Shown: piece after piece, positions 19,230-29,408 of the stretch
Layout of the letters: each line of letters starts with the position of its first letter
Numbering within the stretch: position 1 is the stretch's first letter
Source: an uncultured Candidatus Poseidoniales archaeon
Lineage (GTDB): Archaea > Thermoplasmatota > Poseidoniia > Poseidoniales > Thalassarchaeaceae
Direction of reading: 5' to 3'
Length of the DNA: 64,000 nucleotides
Assembly (NCBI GenBank): GCA_964645485.1
Contig: CAZXZO010000001.1
Location: forward strand, 2,711-66,710
Position numbers and translations under genes: made by a program
Notes under the pieces: model-generated
What the model saw: only the letters and a program-made list of their open reading frames with translations
The model's database searches: none
What the model was told of the DNA's origin: nothing

Positions 19230-21788
19230 ATGAGTGAACTTGCTAGCCTCAAGAAGCGCCGCCGACTGACGCTTTTGGCATTTGGATTAGCGACTATTTT
19301 CATCTTTTCCGGCTTTGTTTTTGGACCTTCAGGCAACAACCGTTCGGCCTTCACTTTGGTTGATGATGAAACTTGGGCTGCGGCTGCATTAGCCGATGAA
19401 AGAATGACTGAACCTGGCCATGATGCAGTCGTTTTCATCGGTCCAAAATGGGACACCGAAGGTGGTAATATTTTGGCTCTTTCAGTTTTGCAGGAATTGA
19501 CCGACCGTCACGATGAAGTAATGTCAAATCCAGAAATCAATGAGCATTTCATCGAAGTTTACCAATGGCAAGTTCAAGCGCATGTCAGAGGCCCTTGGGG
19601 TTTTGGGGAAACCGTTAGAATGGTGATGAATCAAGAATCAATTGTTAGCCAACAAATAGGTTGGAACGGCTCAAGTTTCGAAAACGCCACCAGCGCCGAT
19701 TTAGACGATGTGTTGACTAGACTTTTCAACTTCGAATTAGAAGATGGTAGCAAGCCATACAGGCTTATTGTCAGCGGTTTAGAACAAAAATCAGATGAAT
19801 CTTGGTATGCCTGCGCAAGCATGATTTTTGGAGTTGCAAACTCCTCATCTTTGTTCGGAGAAGATGGTGAATACTCCAAGGTTCCCGGGGCCGACAAACC
19901 CTTCTTTGAGGAGTGGGAATTGTTGATCGACGACGTCTATGCTCAACCCATGGATGCGACAGGGGAAGATGTTCACGTGTGGTCATTCTTGGCTATTGAC
20001 TCAGAGGTAAATGATGAGGTCAACCAAACGATGCCACTGATTGGAGTCTCATTTGTGTTAATGGTGGCTGTAATCGGGCTTTTCTTCCGCGATTGGCGCG
20101 ACGTTCTCTCTGCTACTGCTGGCCTTGGTCTGCTAATGGGTTGGATGTTTGGAACTCAAGCATGGTTAGGTTATCCACAGACCCAAGTTTCTGCAATGTT
20201 GCCAATTCTTTTACTCGCTCTGGGTGTTGATTTCTCTTTCCATAGTTTACAACGTTGGCGGGCGATTTCACACCGGAATGGTGGTGATGAAGAGGCTAGA
20301 TTAGCGGCTGCATGGACAAGTATTGGCGAACTTAAGCCTGCACTTGGATTAGCAACAATCACCACCATGATTGCCTTTGGAACCGCTGCATTTTCTCCAA
20401 TTCCTGATTTGGCAGAATGGGGTAGGTTAGCAGCGATTTACATTCCCGAAGCCTATCTGTTGCTAGGAATTTTCACAGTGGTACTGCGCTCAGGAAATGC
20501 TGTGCATCGTGGTGAATCACAGAAAGGATTCGCAGAAAAAATGCGTTCTCTTGGAGATTTTCAGGTCAAAAATCCTCTACCGTTTGTTCTAGCACTGTTG
20601 TTACTCTCAGGCAGTGCTTTTGTAATTGGTCAACCCGATTCTGATTTTGATGTTCACGACTATCTGGATGGAGATTCAAGGATGGTTCAATCGCTAGATA
20701 CCGCGGCGATTGCATTTGACGAATCTAGTTCAGGTGAACCTGGATTTATTTTAGTCCAAGCAGGAGAGTCATCTGATCTGGCTAATTATGACACAATTCT
20801 ACAACTTGATGCTTTGATGACTGATATTCGTCAACGCAATTGGACATATGATAATCCGACTATAATTGATGAAATCCGTTGGCAAATCGCACTTGTAAAT
20901 GCCGGAGGACCCGGATATAATTCTTCAACAATTAATCAACAAACAGGATTCCCTGAATCAAGTGCTGATATCCGTGCAATCTTAATTGACATCTCAAGAA
21001 ATGGAACAATGAATCCAGCAGATCCTCGCTCAATATCTACACCAACTCAAGTCGCTGCAATTGCCGCAATTGATTCAGAGACAGGCAAGTTAGAGATGCT
21101 AAAATTACCAATCAAGGTAGAGAAAGCTGAAGATTGGGTTTGGATGGGCGAGTATCAAGATGATGTTGAAGAGGTTATAGACCAACATTTAGATTTCAGC
21201 AATGGGGAAAAGGCAATATTAACAGGGATTTCATATCAACGATATGTGTATGTAAATGCGATGACAAGTTCATTCCAGAACAGCATTTACATCGCAATTA
21301 TTGCCTGCTTCATTGTACTAATGTTCGTGTTTAGAGATATTCGACTTAGTGTGATAACAATTACACCAGTCGCCGCAGTCTCTTTTTGGCTATATGCGGG
21401 AATGAATCTCGCAGGCCAAAGTCTCAACATTGTAACTCTCCAAGTCGCAAGTTTAGCCATCGGTTTGGGCTTGGATTATGCAATCCATGTTACTCAAGCA
21501 ATTCGCGAACAAAAGGAGCGACGTCCTGACGCGGGTATGGCGCGTTGGGTGCGGGGTATGATGGGTCACACAGGTACTGCGTTATTCGCCTCAGGTTTTA
21601 CAGATATTCTCGGGTTTGCGGTGCTGCTTCTCTCGGTAATGCCGATGTTCACTATGTTTGGAAAAGTCATGATTGTCATGGTTATACTCGCACAGGCTGC
21701 TTGTGTGTTCATTTTGCCAGCACTTTTGACCCTATTTGGTGGACTTGAAAATGATGTTGAGGCGGCAGACCCCAGCCTAGAATCTTAG
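19230..21788 (+). CDS. MMPL/RND-superfamily membrane exporter.
   Basis: Two 6-TM bundles carry GVDFSFH and GLDYAIH motifs. Two large extracytoplasmic loops. 852 aa. Confidence 0.7.
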   Translation: MSELASLKKRRRLTLLAFGLATIFIFSGFVFGPSGNNRSAFTLVDDETWAAAALADERMTEPGHDAVVFIGPKWDTEGGNILALSVLQELTDRHDEVMSNPEINEHFIEVYQWQVQAHVRGPWGFGETVRMVMNQESIVSQQIGWNGSSFENATSADLDDVLTRLFNFELEDGSKPYRLIVSGLEQKSDESWYACASMIFGVANSSSLFGEDGEYSKVPGADKPFFEEWELLIDDVYAQPMDATGEDVHVWSFLAIDSEVNDEVNQTMPLIGVSFVLMVAVIGLFFRDWRDVLSATAGLGLLMGWMFGTQAWLGYPQTQVSAMLPILLLALGVDFSFHSLQRWRAISHRNGGDEEARLAAAWTSIGELKPALGLATITTMIAFGTAAFSPIPDLAEWGRLAAIYIPEAYLLLGIFTVVLRSGNAVHRGESQKGFAEKMRSLGDFQVKNPLPFVLALLLLSGSAFVIGQPDSDFDVHDYLDGDSRMVQSLDTAAIAFDESSSGEPGFILVQAGESSDLANYDTILQLDALMTDIRQRNWTYDNPTIIDEIRWQIALVNAGGPGYNSSTINQQTGFPESSADIRAILIDISRNGTMNPADPRSISTPTQVAAIAAIDSETGKLEMLKLPIKVEKAEDWVWMGEYQDDVEEVIDQHLDFSNGEKAILTGISYQRYVYVNAMTSSFQNSIYIAIIACFIVLMFVFRDIRLSVITITPVAAVSFWLYAGMNLAGQSLNIVTLQVASLAIGLGLDYAIHVTQAIREQKERRPDAGMARWVRGMMGHTGTALFASGFTDILGFAVLLLSVMPMFTMFGKVMIVMVILAQAACVFILPALLTLFGGLENDVEAADPSLES

Positions 21789-21895
21789 AGTGGAACCATC
21801 ATCTAGACTCATTCTACTTTCAATTGCCAAATGCTGGAAGAATACCACTTCTTAACTCCAATTGTTTAATCAAATTCAGCATGCAATTTACTCAT

Positions 21896-22930
21896 TTATT
21901 CAACACTAGAATTCCAATTTTGCATCAAATTTAATTCTTCAGTGACTCCGACCACATCGCCATCTTCCCACCAATCAACGGCGATGAAAGTCGGGCGATT
22001 GCCAACTTCTTGCCAGCATTCAATCGCCCTTGCCAACAAAGTCTCCTTGTCATTGACTTGTTCAGCCCTTTGGGAGTCAGCTAATCCAAGGGGATTACTC
22101 AACCAATTATTGAGATGCCAAACCGGCTGTTCTCGGTCTCCCCGACCCACATCACAGGACATATCCTCTTGTTCGTCTTCTCCGTAAGGGGTGTCCCAAC
22201 TATGGGTCCAAGCATGGTGTAACCACGGGTATTGCGTATCGTCTCCTTCATCCCAAAATATTACCAAAGTGCGGTTTGAGAGCACCATTTCTCCAAGGGT
22301 AGGCCAAGGTTCTCCAGGTGAATGAACCCAAGTCCGGTCGAGTAGTCCAGTCTGGTTAAACAGGTGTTCAAGATGGTCAATAGGCACGTAATTTTCTAGC
22401 AAAATTGAGACAATGTCGTTGGGTGATTCGTTCATGAAACTACTCAATTGAGAGAGCCACGCAAAGGCGTCCACTTCCGAATATTCACACGGGTGCAGGG
22501 ATTGGTCCGGGTCGCCATGGCAGAATACAACATCCTCCTTGTTAGTCTGGGATGCTGATTTGTGATGGGTGTCAAGCATATAGGCGCGGATACCTCCGTT
22601 CCACTGTGCAGTCAATCCGGTATCGTGGTTGGCTGCTAGATACAGGACTCCATCTTCGCTAGTAGCGAATGAGTTGTGGGTTTCAGCGAATGTGAAATTG
22701 TCGTAGGTTCGGAGGCAAAATTCGACCAGGCCTTGACAGGCTGGGGCGTCGGTGGAATCGTTTGGGTTGAGGCCGAATTCAGTCTCATAGCCATCAGTCA
22801 GGCCGTCGCCGTCGCTGTCAGAATTTGGGTCAAATTCTGGTGAATTAACACCACCTAAACAGCCGGCAAAAAATAGACTAAAGGCTAAAAAAAGAGCGCA
22901 AAAAGATGAGCGCAGACAGGGTGACATCAT
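21896..22930 (-). CDS. Secreted lipoprotein with an N-terminal Ca-binding Asp repeat and a PI-PLC X-domain-like phosphodiesterase fold.
   Basis: Lipobox FFAGCLG and DSDGDGLTDGYE. ETHNSF (cf. PLC X-box S-S-H-N-T-Y) and GIRAYMLDTH (cf. GxRxxELD). Confidence 0.45.
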   Translation of the reverse strand: MMSPCLRSSFCALFLAFSLFFAGCLGGVNSPEFDPNSDSDGDGLTDGYETEFGLNPNDSTDAPACQGLVEFCLRTYDNFTFAETHNSFATSEDGVLYLAANHDTGLTAQWNGGIRAYMLDTHHKSASQTNKEDVVFCHGDPDQSLHPCEYSEVDAFAWLSQLSSFMNESPNDIVSILLENYVPIDHLEHLFNQTGLLDRTWVHSPGEPWPTLGEMVLSNRTLVIFWDEGDDTQYPWLHHAWTHSWDTPYGEDEQEDMSCDVGRGDREQPVWHLNNWLSNPLGLADSQRAEQVNDKETLLARAIECWQEVGNRPTFIAVDWWEDGDVVGVTEELNLMQNWNSSVE

Positions 22931-23049
22931 TCACTGATGTTAGCCACTTGGGAATCAACCCTTCGTAAACCAAGGGGCTTTTTTATTTCTCGGACATTGG
23001 GTATTTCACCTGAACGGCCTTCATAGTAATTTTTCATTTACAGCGAAAT

Positions 23050-23262
23050 TTATCGTTCGCTATCCCCGCGGACAATTTTGACTCCTTTTGGCCAAAGCAC
23101 GAGAATTAGGGTTTTTTCACGGGTTTTTGGATTGTGGGTAGTTTCGGGGCCCATCCATACTAGGCTGCCCTGTGGGTACGTCCCTGACTCGTCGTACACC
23201 TCGCCACGCAGAACTAGGTAAGCCTCTCCACCTGGGTGCATGTGGGGCATAAACGCCTCCAC
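23050..23262 (-). pseudogene. Truncated duplicate of the cupin gene 28174..28539, keeping only its C-terminal ~64 codons.
   Basis: ~95% nucleotide identity to 28180..28376. The amino-acid differences are mostly nonsynonymous (Q/K, G/D, K/N). There is no N-terminal half. Confidence 0.65.
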
Positions 23263-23270
23263 CTCAACTT
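23074..23270. repeat. Direct repeat copy A (~197 bp) flanking the two-gene cassette.
   Basis: Aligned by eye to 28180..28376 with ~8-9 mismatches. Confidence 0.8.
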
Positions 23271-25867
23271 TGGTTTCTCAGAAACTTCTTATTGAAGAAA
23301 ATTAGCACTAAAAAGAGAGAGGCCATTGAGGAAAACAGAAGAAGCCCATCCTGAATTGTTGATGTTGTTTCGTATTCTAGTGTGGCATTTGTGTGGTGTT
23401 TACAGCCATCAAGAGATTTCATTGAATCCACTGGTTCGTAGGGGCAACGATCAGCGCGAAATTCTCCTTCGATCCATAATCCAATTCCATCTTGGCGGGA
23501 ATCATTCCAACTAGTATTCCACCAATTGTCACCCCAACTATCTCCATCACTATCATTCCATTGATAATAATTTAAGGGGAACAAGTCAATCAAATCTGCC
23601 CATCCATCTTGATCTATATCAGGGCATCCAAGATAATTTGCTTCTGTACTAGTTCCACTATCAAAGATACAGGCATCAAATTCATCGAGCCAATCGTCAT
23701 TATCATCATCATCGTCTTCATCAGAATCTCTACAACCATCAAAATCATTGTCACTGTTTGAATTGATAGTCCAATTGACGATTCCAATTGGACAAAGGTC
23801 CCTTAAATCAATCAATTCATCGTTATCATCATCATCATCTTCCGTTGAATCTTGACAACCATCTCCGTCATGGTCGCTAGAATTGTTTGAAATCCAATCA
23901 ATATTCCCCCTAGTACAATAATCTGAGATATCTACTATACCATCATCATCATCATCGTCATCTTCCGTTGAATCCTGGCAACCATCTCTATCATGGTCGC
24001 TAGAATTGTTTGAAATCCAATCAATATTCCCCCTAGTACAATAATCTGAGATATCTACTATACTATCATCATCATCATCGTCATCTTCCGTTGAATCCTG
24101 ACACCCATCTCTATCATGGTCGGTTGATTGAATTGAGGTCCAGTTAAGTGTTCCTCGTGGGCATGAATCATTGAAGTCTATAATTCCATCATTGTCATTA
24201 TCTTCATCACAACTGTCACCTATATCATCACCATCATAATCTGATTGATTCGGATTTTCGGTTAAATTGCAATTATCTAAATAGTTGGGTACACCATCGC
24301 CATCTTTATCTGGATAAAATTGCCATAGAAAGAAATCTACATTCCTATCTAGTCCAAATGCAACTTTTGTTTGATTTTTAACACTCATATTGTAGGTAAA
24401 TTTCCCGACCACGCTTATCATTCCATCATTTGATACCTCAATCGATATGGGTAGTCCGGATGGGTTTGTTTCAAGAGGCCCAGAGAATTCCGCCAACCAA
24501 TATTTTTCAATGATGTTTTCATCATTGATTTTTAAAATAATAATAGCACTATTTGTTTTAATTGGCAGTGGCTTGTCGTACCAACTCGTATTGCCGTAGT
24601 ATTTGATTGCTGCCAAGATACTTCCATCAGGGTGTTGAGTAACACTGTTAGGGATTACTTGGCTCAAAATTGTACACTCATTCGTTTTGACATTAGTCCA
24701 AATCCCATCCTCACTGATAAATCCAGTGAATGTATTACAACTCAAGCCATTGATTTCAAATGTTCCGAACTGATAAGTATCATTAAAAAATGCTGGATTT
24801 GATGGATACATCCTTTGCATCCTTCCAGTAATAATAACTGATTTATTATCTAACAATAATATGTCAAAAATTTCAACTTGGCCCACACCATCAATAATAA
24901 TTTTTGATAGTAGGTTCCAATAGCCTTCGCTAGAATAATGGAGAATGAAGGCACCTAGAGGGATATGTGAATAATTTTGGTCATGCGACGTATTGATTGA
25001 ATGATCACCAAATGATATATTCCCCTCTAAAATGACTCCCACTATCCATGCACCATCATTATCACATTCAAGACCATTCAATATAAGGGAAGAAATACTT
25101 CCTCCCTCACTACTTTCAATAGACTCGATAAAACCATAAATTCCATATTTCATGACAAATATGTCAAATCCTTGGCTTGTTACTTCGTTACTTACCGTGG
25201 TTGGGGATATTCTACCAGAATAGATCCCGGAAACGTATGAATTTCCAATGCTATCATGGCAAACTAATTGTGCACTCGACGAATCAAGGGAAAATGAGGG
25301 TTCATTATTGAAAATTTGAGATGTCAATAGTTCTCCAGAAGTTGAAATTATCGCAATAAATCCAGATTTATTTCCCTCATTTAGATAAGTAAAATTATTA
25401 ATTGTTAGGTTTGTATAGACCTCGCCAACAGCAGTAATTGTATCAGATTGAGATATAGAAAAGTCAAAAAATCTGGCGCTGGTGCCAAGATCAATTATCC
25501 AATCAATACTCCCATTTAGTAAGTATTTTGCAATGAATGAATTACCATTTGTGCCATCTGAATTGTTAAAGAGATGGTTTCCCAACCATCCCCACGAACC
25601 AAATTTCCCGAGAACATACGTGTTTCCTTCCGAATCAAAAATTTGTTTTTCAAGTTGGTCTCCATGTCCTTCGCCACCACCAGATTTAAGAATATGGACA
25701 TAGTTTTCATCAGATAATGGGACATTTTCATCAGCTAATAGAATGTCATTTTGAAGAACAAGGTTTGATGCTGAATTCAACAATAACATCACTATGGTAA
25801 TCAACAAAACAAATTTACTAAAATATTTGGTTTGTGGCAGTGATAACCCCTTGTCGTTCATCAACAT
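23264..25867 (-). CDS. Secreted surface protein. It has SBBP-type beta-propeller repeats, tandem hyperacidic TSP3-like repeats and a C-terminal TM anchor.
   Basis: Signal/TM at the N-terminus. FIAKYLLNGSIDW-type propeller motifs. Repeated DHDRDGCQDSTEDDDDDDD units. C-terminal LFLVLIFFNKKFLRNQS. Confidence 0.65.
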   Translation of the reverse strand: MLMNDKGLSLPQTKYFSKFVLLITIVMLLLNSASNLVLQNDILLADENVPLSDENYVHILKSGGGEGHGDQLEKQIFDSEGNTYVLGKFGSWGWLGNHLFNNSDGTNGNSFIAKYLLNGSIDWIIDLGTSARFFDFSISQSDTITAVGEVYTNLTINNFTYLNEGNKSGFIAIISTSGELLTSQIFNNEPSFSLDSSSAQLVCHDSIGNSYVSGIYSGRISPTTVSNEVTSQGFDIFVMKYGIYGFIESIESSEGGSISSLILNGLECDNDGAWIVGVILEGNISFGDHSINTSHDQNYSHIPLGAFILHYSSEGYWNLLSKIIIDGVGQVEIFDILLLDNKSVIITGRMQRMYPSNPAFFNDTYQFGTFEINGLSCNTFTGFISEDGIWTNVKTNECTILSQVIPNSVTQHPDGSILAAIKYYGNTSWYDKPLPIKTNSAIIILKINDENIIEKYWLAEFSGPLETNPSGLPISIEVSNDGMISVVGKFTYNMSVKNQTKVAFGLDRNVDFFLWQFYPDKDGDGVPNYLDNCNLTENPNQSDYDGDDIGDSCDEDNDNDGIIDFNDSCPRGTLNWTSIQSTDHDRDGCQDSTEDDDDDDDSIVDISDYCTRGNIDWISNNSSDHDRDGCQDSTEDDDDDDDGIVDISDYCTRGNIDWISNNSSDHDGDGCQDSTEDDDDDNDELIDLRDLCPIGIVNWTINSNSDNDFDGCRDSDEDDDDDNDDWLDEFDACIFDSGTSTEANYLGCPDIDQDGWADLIDLFPLNYYQWNDSDGDSWGDNWWNTSWNDSRQDGIGLWIEGEFRADRCPYEPVDSMKSLDGCKHHTNATLEYETTSTIQDGLLLFSSMASLFLVLIFFNKKFLRNQS
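23690..24140. repeat. In-frame tandem repeat array (~117 bp / 39 codons) inside 23264..25867, with 3+ near-identical copies and flanking degenerate ones.
   Basis: 23821-23935, 23936-24052 and 24053-24140 are almost identical at the DNA level. Confidence 0.75.
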
Positions 25868-25895
25868 CCCCCCGCCTTCATTTATTATTATTGAG

Positions 25896-28106
25896 TTACT
25901 CCAAGATACTCCAATCTGAAGGTGTTTGGCACATTAACTGGAAGTTACCGAGATTGCATGGGGTCGCAGAATTGTGAAAAATATATTGATTATCGGGGTA
26001 GGTTCCGGTATGACCTGACATAACAAAATACAGTTCAGGCTCTGGGGTCATTGAGTTTAATTCGTAAGACCCAACATAAGATACACCGTTTACAACAGGT
26101 CCGTATTTTTCGTCAGTTATCTTGCGATGTTGGATGACAAAAGAACCAATACAGTATGATTGAGTTGATGAAGGTGATTGGCAACCTAGAGTGTCAGTGG
26201 AATCTTCGTAAGTCGGCCAATTCGAATTGATGTAATTCCACAGTTCATTACAACTAATAGAATCCCAACTGCAAGATTGGCTTGTATCTCTAGACCAAAC
26301 GGATATAGGGGCAGAAAACCCTAGCATATGGCTGTTGATTGTTACCAATTGATTCGGCAAATGGTCCACCTCGTTTAATCCTCTAATTGATAATAGGCCA
26401 TATGGTAAATAGTTCACACTGGTGGGATTTGGGTCTTGTCTTTGAATATTTACCCACCAATTTTCAATGTAATAGCCACCCGGCATCCATTGGGTAGCTT
26501 TGAAAATCGGATTTAATTCAATTCGGGTGTAGTTTAACCAATGGGTGCCAGTGATGAATGCGTTGTTCTGTGTCGGCCCATCATTGATTTTACTTTGCCA
26601 TGAAGGGAAAAAATACACAGGATTGAACGCCCCTATTGGATTAGATTTTTCCATGATATCTCGAGGCAGGCAGTTGATTGGATTGTAACAATAACCTAAG
26701 GTAATAGAGTTCGTTATAATACTGCTGAACGGAAAACCAAACCGTGAATATGGGTGACCCGGGCCACCTAGGGAATGGCCGATTTCATGTGATAATGTGA
26801 TTGCACTCTCAAATATTGGATAAGATTGTGACCAACTCGGGGAATTTCCAGTTCTTGATGTTTGGACGAAAATAAATCGGCCATTGACTTGACGAAAACT
26901 TGGATGTTGTTCATTTACTAAGACACCATTAGCTCGAAGTGCGGGAGTTGAACAGCCTTGGAGATTGTTGCCGGCACTATTTTTCACAAGATTATCCCCC
27001 GAAATGAACATAACTAGGTCAACGTCTTCGGTTAGTTCATCATAAATAAGACCATAGTGTTCAATGATATCAGTTTCAAAACTATGCAAGGTTTGAGTTA
27101 ATTGGGCAGGATAATTATCGTCCTCACAAATTGCGCCTCTAAATCCATAATTAGTCTTTGTAAATCCATTAATTGAATCAATTATAGAATAAGGTTGGGT
27201 TGAGAGTATATCTTGATATGATGTATATCTCGTCCATTCAACTGTGATTCCTAACTGGTGACGATACCATAAACTAGTACTCGCGAGTATACTTTCAATC
27301 ATGGCCGTGCCGACAGGATTTTGGTTTGACGTAGTTTGAGTCCCTAAGTCAACCACATGAACTCTTAATAATTTGAACACATTTAGCGAGAGATTTGTAT
27401 TCAGAGCCATCGGTGAATAATACCAATCTTCAAATGCAGATGGTGCAGTATAGGGGGTGGTGCCTGCAATTTCGCATGCTGATGTGGTTTTACATGCATC
27501 ATATACAATTACATTCACATCTCCTGAGTTTGATTCAAGAAGTTGAATTTGAACACGATTTTCAACTTCAATCAAGGCTCGAAAATTGTCTTGAGGATTT
27601 CTTGGAAAAAATAAAGTTCCATAGGAAACTTCATCCTGATATTGGGTAATGCCTTCAATCCACCATGAATCCACTCCTTGATCTGGGCCCGGTCCATCTC
27701 CTAAGCTCAGGGGACCAAGGGTGGTTGAGGTTGCAACAAAATCCCACTCAATTACAGAAGAACCACTACCCAATCGCAAAGTTATTCCCCCTTCACATAA
27801 GAAAATATGTTTAATTTCGTCTGGAGTAATAGTTGAGGACGATGGGTTTTGAAATCTCATAAGTTTATTATTAACAATTTCTATTTTTGTATAGTTGAGA
27901 GGGTGATCGGCGGTTAGCCATTGACCATCATGCCAATTCCCAGTTGAATCCCAAGAATTTTGTGCAGAGATTGTCGGCCCACAGTCATTCTGCCAATGGT
28001 GAGTTGAGCTATCTGAATAACTCTCTGCAGATGACATTGAAATTAATGGTGATAATAGTATTAGCAATACGAAAGTTGCTATTACCTTAGTATTTTTTTT
28101 ATTCAT
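25896..28106 (-). CDS. Secreted zinc metallopeptidase with an HEIGH motif (M57 'dual-action HEIGH'-like) and a large N-terminal domain.
   Basis: Signal peptide MNKKNTKVIATFVLLILLSPLISMSSA. HEIGHSLGGPGH zinc-binding motif. Asn/Ser/Trp-rich and less acidic than its neighbours. Confidence 0.5.
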   Translation of the reverse strand: MNKKNTKVIATFVLLILLSPLISMSSAESYSDSSTHHWQNDCGPTISAQNSWDSTGNWHDGQWLTADHPLNYTKIEIVNNKLMRFQNPSSSTITPDEIKHIFLCEGGITLRLGSGSSVIEWDFVATSTTLGPLSLGDGPGPDQGVDSWWIEGITQYQDEVSYGTLFFPRNPQDNFRALIEVENRVQIQLLESNSGDVNVIVYDACKTTSACEIAGTTPYTAPSAFEDWYYSPMALNTNLSLNVFKLLRVHVVDLGTQTTSNQNPVGTAMIESILASTSLWYRHQLGITVEWTRYTSYQDILSTQPYSIIDSINGFTKTNYGFRGAICEDDNYPAQLTQTLHSFETDIIEHYGLIYDELTEDVDLVMFISGDNLVKNSAGNNLQGCSTPALRANGVLVNEQHPSFRQVNGRFIFVQTSRTGNSPSWSQSYPIFESAITLSHEIGHSLGGPGHPYSRFGFPFSSIITNSITLGYCYNPINCLPRDIMEKSNPIGAFNPVYFFPSWQSKINDGPTQNNAFITGTHWLNYTRIELNPIFKATQWMPGGYYIENWWVNIQRQDPNPTSVNYLPYGLLSIRGLNEVDHLPNQLVTINSHMLGFSAPISVWSRDTSQSCSWDSISCNELWNYINSNWPTYEDSTDTLGCQSPSSTQSYCIGSFVIQHRKITDEKYGPVVNGVSYVGSYELNSMTPEPELYFVMSGHTGTYPDNQYIFHNSATPCNLGNFQLMCQTPSDWSILE

Positions 28107-28173
28107 ATATTTTGGGTATTTTCGATGAGTTATATAGTTATACTAAAACTGATTTATGTTCTTTTATCTAGTC

Positions 28174-28539
28174 TTAAATAATTTTGACTCCATTTGGCCA
28201 AAGCACGAGAATTAGGGTTTTTTCGCGGGTTTTGGGGTTGTGGGTAGTTTCGGGGTCCATCCATACTAGGCTGCCCTTTGGGTACGTGCCCGACTCGTCG
28301 TACACCTCGCCACGCAGAACTAGGTAAGCCTCTCCACCTGGGTGCATGTGGGGCATAAACGCCTCCACCTCAACTTCTGCATCTGCGTCGTATAACACTA
28401 GTGAGCAATCACCTTCTCTGGCAAGTTTACCTAGGCGTACGCCAGTTCCAAAGTCCTTCCAGCGGATATTTTCTTCAAGCCATGCGTCATCAATTGAGAT
28501 ACCGAGCCAATCTGACAAGTCGTGATTGAATGCCATCAA
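28174..28539 (-). CDS. Cupin-domain protein (ChrR-like cupin), the intact copy.
   Basis: HMHPGGEAYLVLRGEV...GSLVWMDPETTH cupin motifs. 121 aa. Confidence 0.6.
   Translation of the reverse strand: MMAFNHDLSDWLGISIDDAWLEENIRWKDFGTGVRLGKLAREGDCSLVLYDADAEVEVEAFMPHMHPGGEAYLVLRGEVYDESGTYPKGSLVWMDPETTHNPKTREKTLILVLWPNGVKII
28180..28376. repeat. Direct repeat copy B (~197 bp), the partner of 23074..23270.
   Basis: See copy A. Confidence 0.8.
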
Positions 28540-29408
28540 TTACTGCACAGGCGGATTTCACACATGAGCCTTCGGGCGCAGACTTGATGGCAGATGAAGT
28601 CTTGTGGGCCCATATGGCAGAGGTGATTTTCATCCCTTCATTGCCGCCGGCCTCGCCTTACGAAGCCTATCTCTACATGCTTGTTCTGCCTCTTTTTTTG
28701 AGGCTAATTTTGGTGCTTCCACCCTTGATTGACTTAGTCTCAAAGTTTTCACCTGACCGTAAAATTCTTTTTCAGGCAATTAATTCATTAAAAATTAAGG
28801 GATTATGGGTCATTGTATTCAATGAGGTATTGGCAATTTTCTTACCATTTATATTAGCACTTTATGCACGAACATTGTTTGACCCTATTGGTTGGGAAGG
28901 CTGGAATGAAACTCCTACAGAAGCAATTTATGCATTATTGATAGCTGGAGGATTGTGGTTGTTTGGAGATTTTCTGAGAGTTACACGCACTCGCCGATTA
29001 ATCCGCTCGGTATCAGAGCGAAATAGAGTTGTTGTGAAACTTACGGCCCAAGGCATATCACATGCACGTGGTGCTCTAGGATACATTGGTGGCTTGAGTC
29101 TTAAAGGGAAAAAACCAGAGGATGGTGGGCTAGAGGACAATCAGTCTGCGATTGGTGAATCTAAAAAATCAATTTTAGGAACTTTACTTGGTGCCGGTGG
29201 TGTTGCTGGGGATAAGGGTCGCGAACTCGCTGATGCGGCATTTGGTGTTGTCCGAGATAAGGCGAACGACCTTTCCAACAAAATGGATGACCAAATTCAA
29301 AGAGGTATTCGTCAGCAATCAAAGGTTGCTCTAAAACTACTGATTAGAGACATCTTGATGAGCGTTGGACCGATTGTAATCCTTGTTGGACTTTACAACG
29401 TTTGGTAA
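28530..29408 (+). CDS. Hypothetical membrane protein. Likely start at MADEVLW (~28587).
   Basis: Multiple TM helices and a Gly-rich soluble stretch (GTLLGAGGVAGDKG). The 5' end of the maximal ORF overlaps the cupin start. Confidence 0.4.
   Translation: MPSITAQADFTHEPSGADLMADEVLWAHMAEVIFIPSLPPASPYEAYLYMLVLPLFLRLILVLPPLIDLVSKFSPDRKILFQAINSLKIKGLWVIVFNEVLAIFLPFILALYARTLFDPIGWEGWNETPTEAIYALLIAGGLWLFGDFLRVTRTRRLIRSVSERNRVVVKLTAQGISHARGALGYIGGLSLKGKKPEDGGLEDNQSAIGESKKSILGTLLGAGGVAGDKGRELADAAFGVVRDKANDLSNKMDDQIQRGIRQQSKVALKLLIRDILMSVGPIVILVGLYNVW

Noticed and set aside
25896-28106. Canonical metzincin (HExxHxxGxxH) assignment for the metallopeptidase
   Set aside because: The third His is displaced by one residue (HEIGHSLGGPGH). 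The HEIGH context fits the M57-like dual-action family better, so the call is left as a generic HEIGH zinc metallopeptidase.
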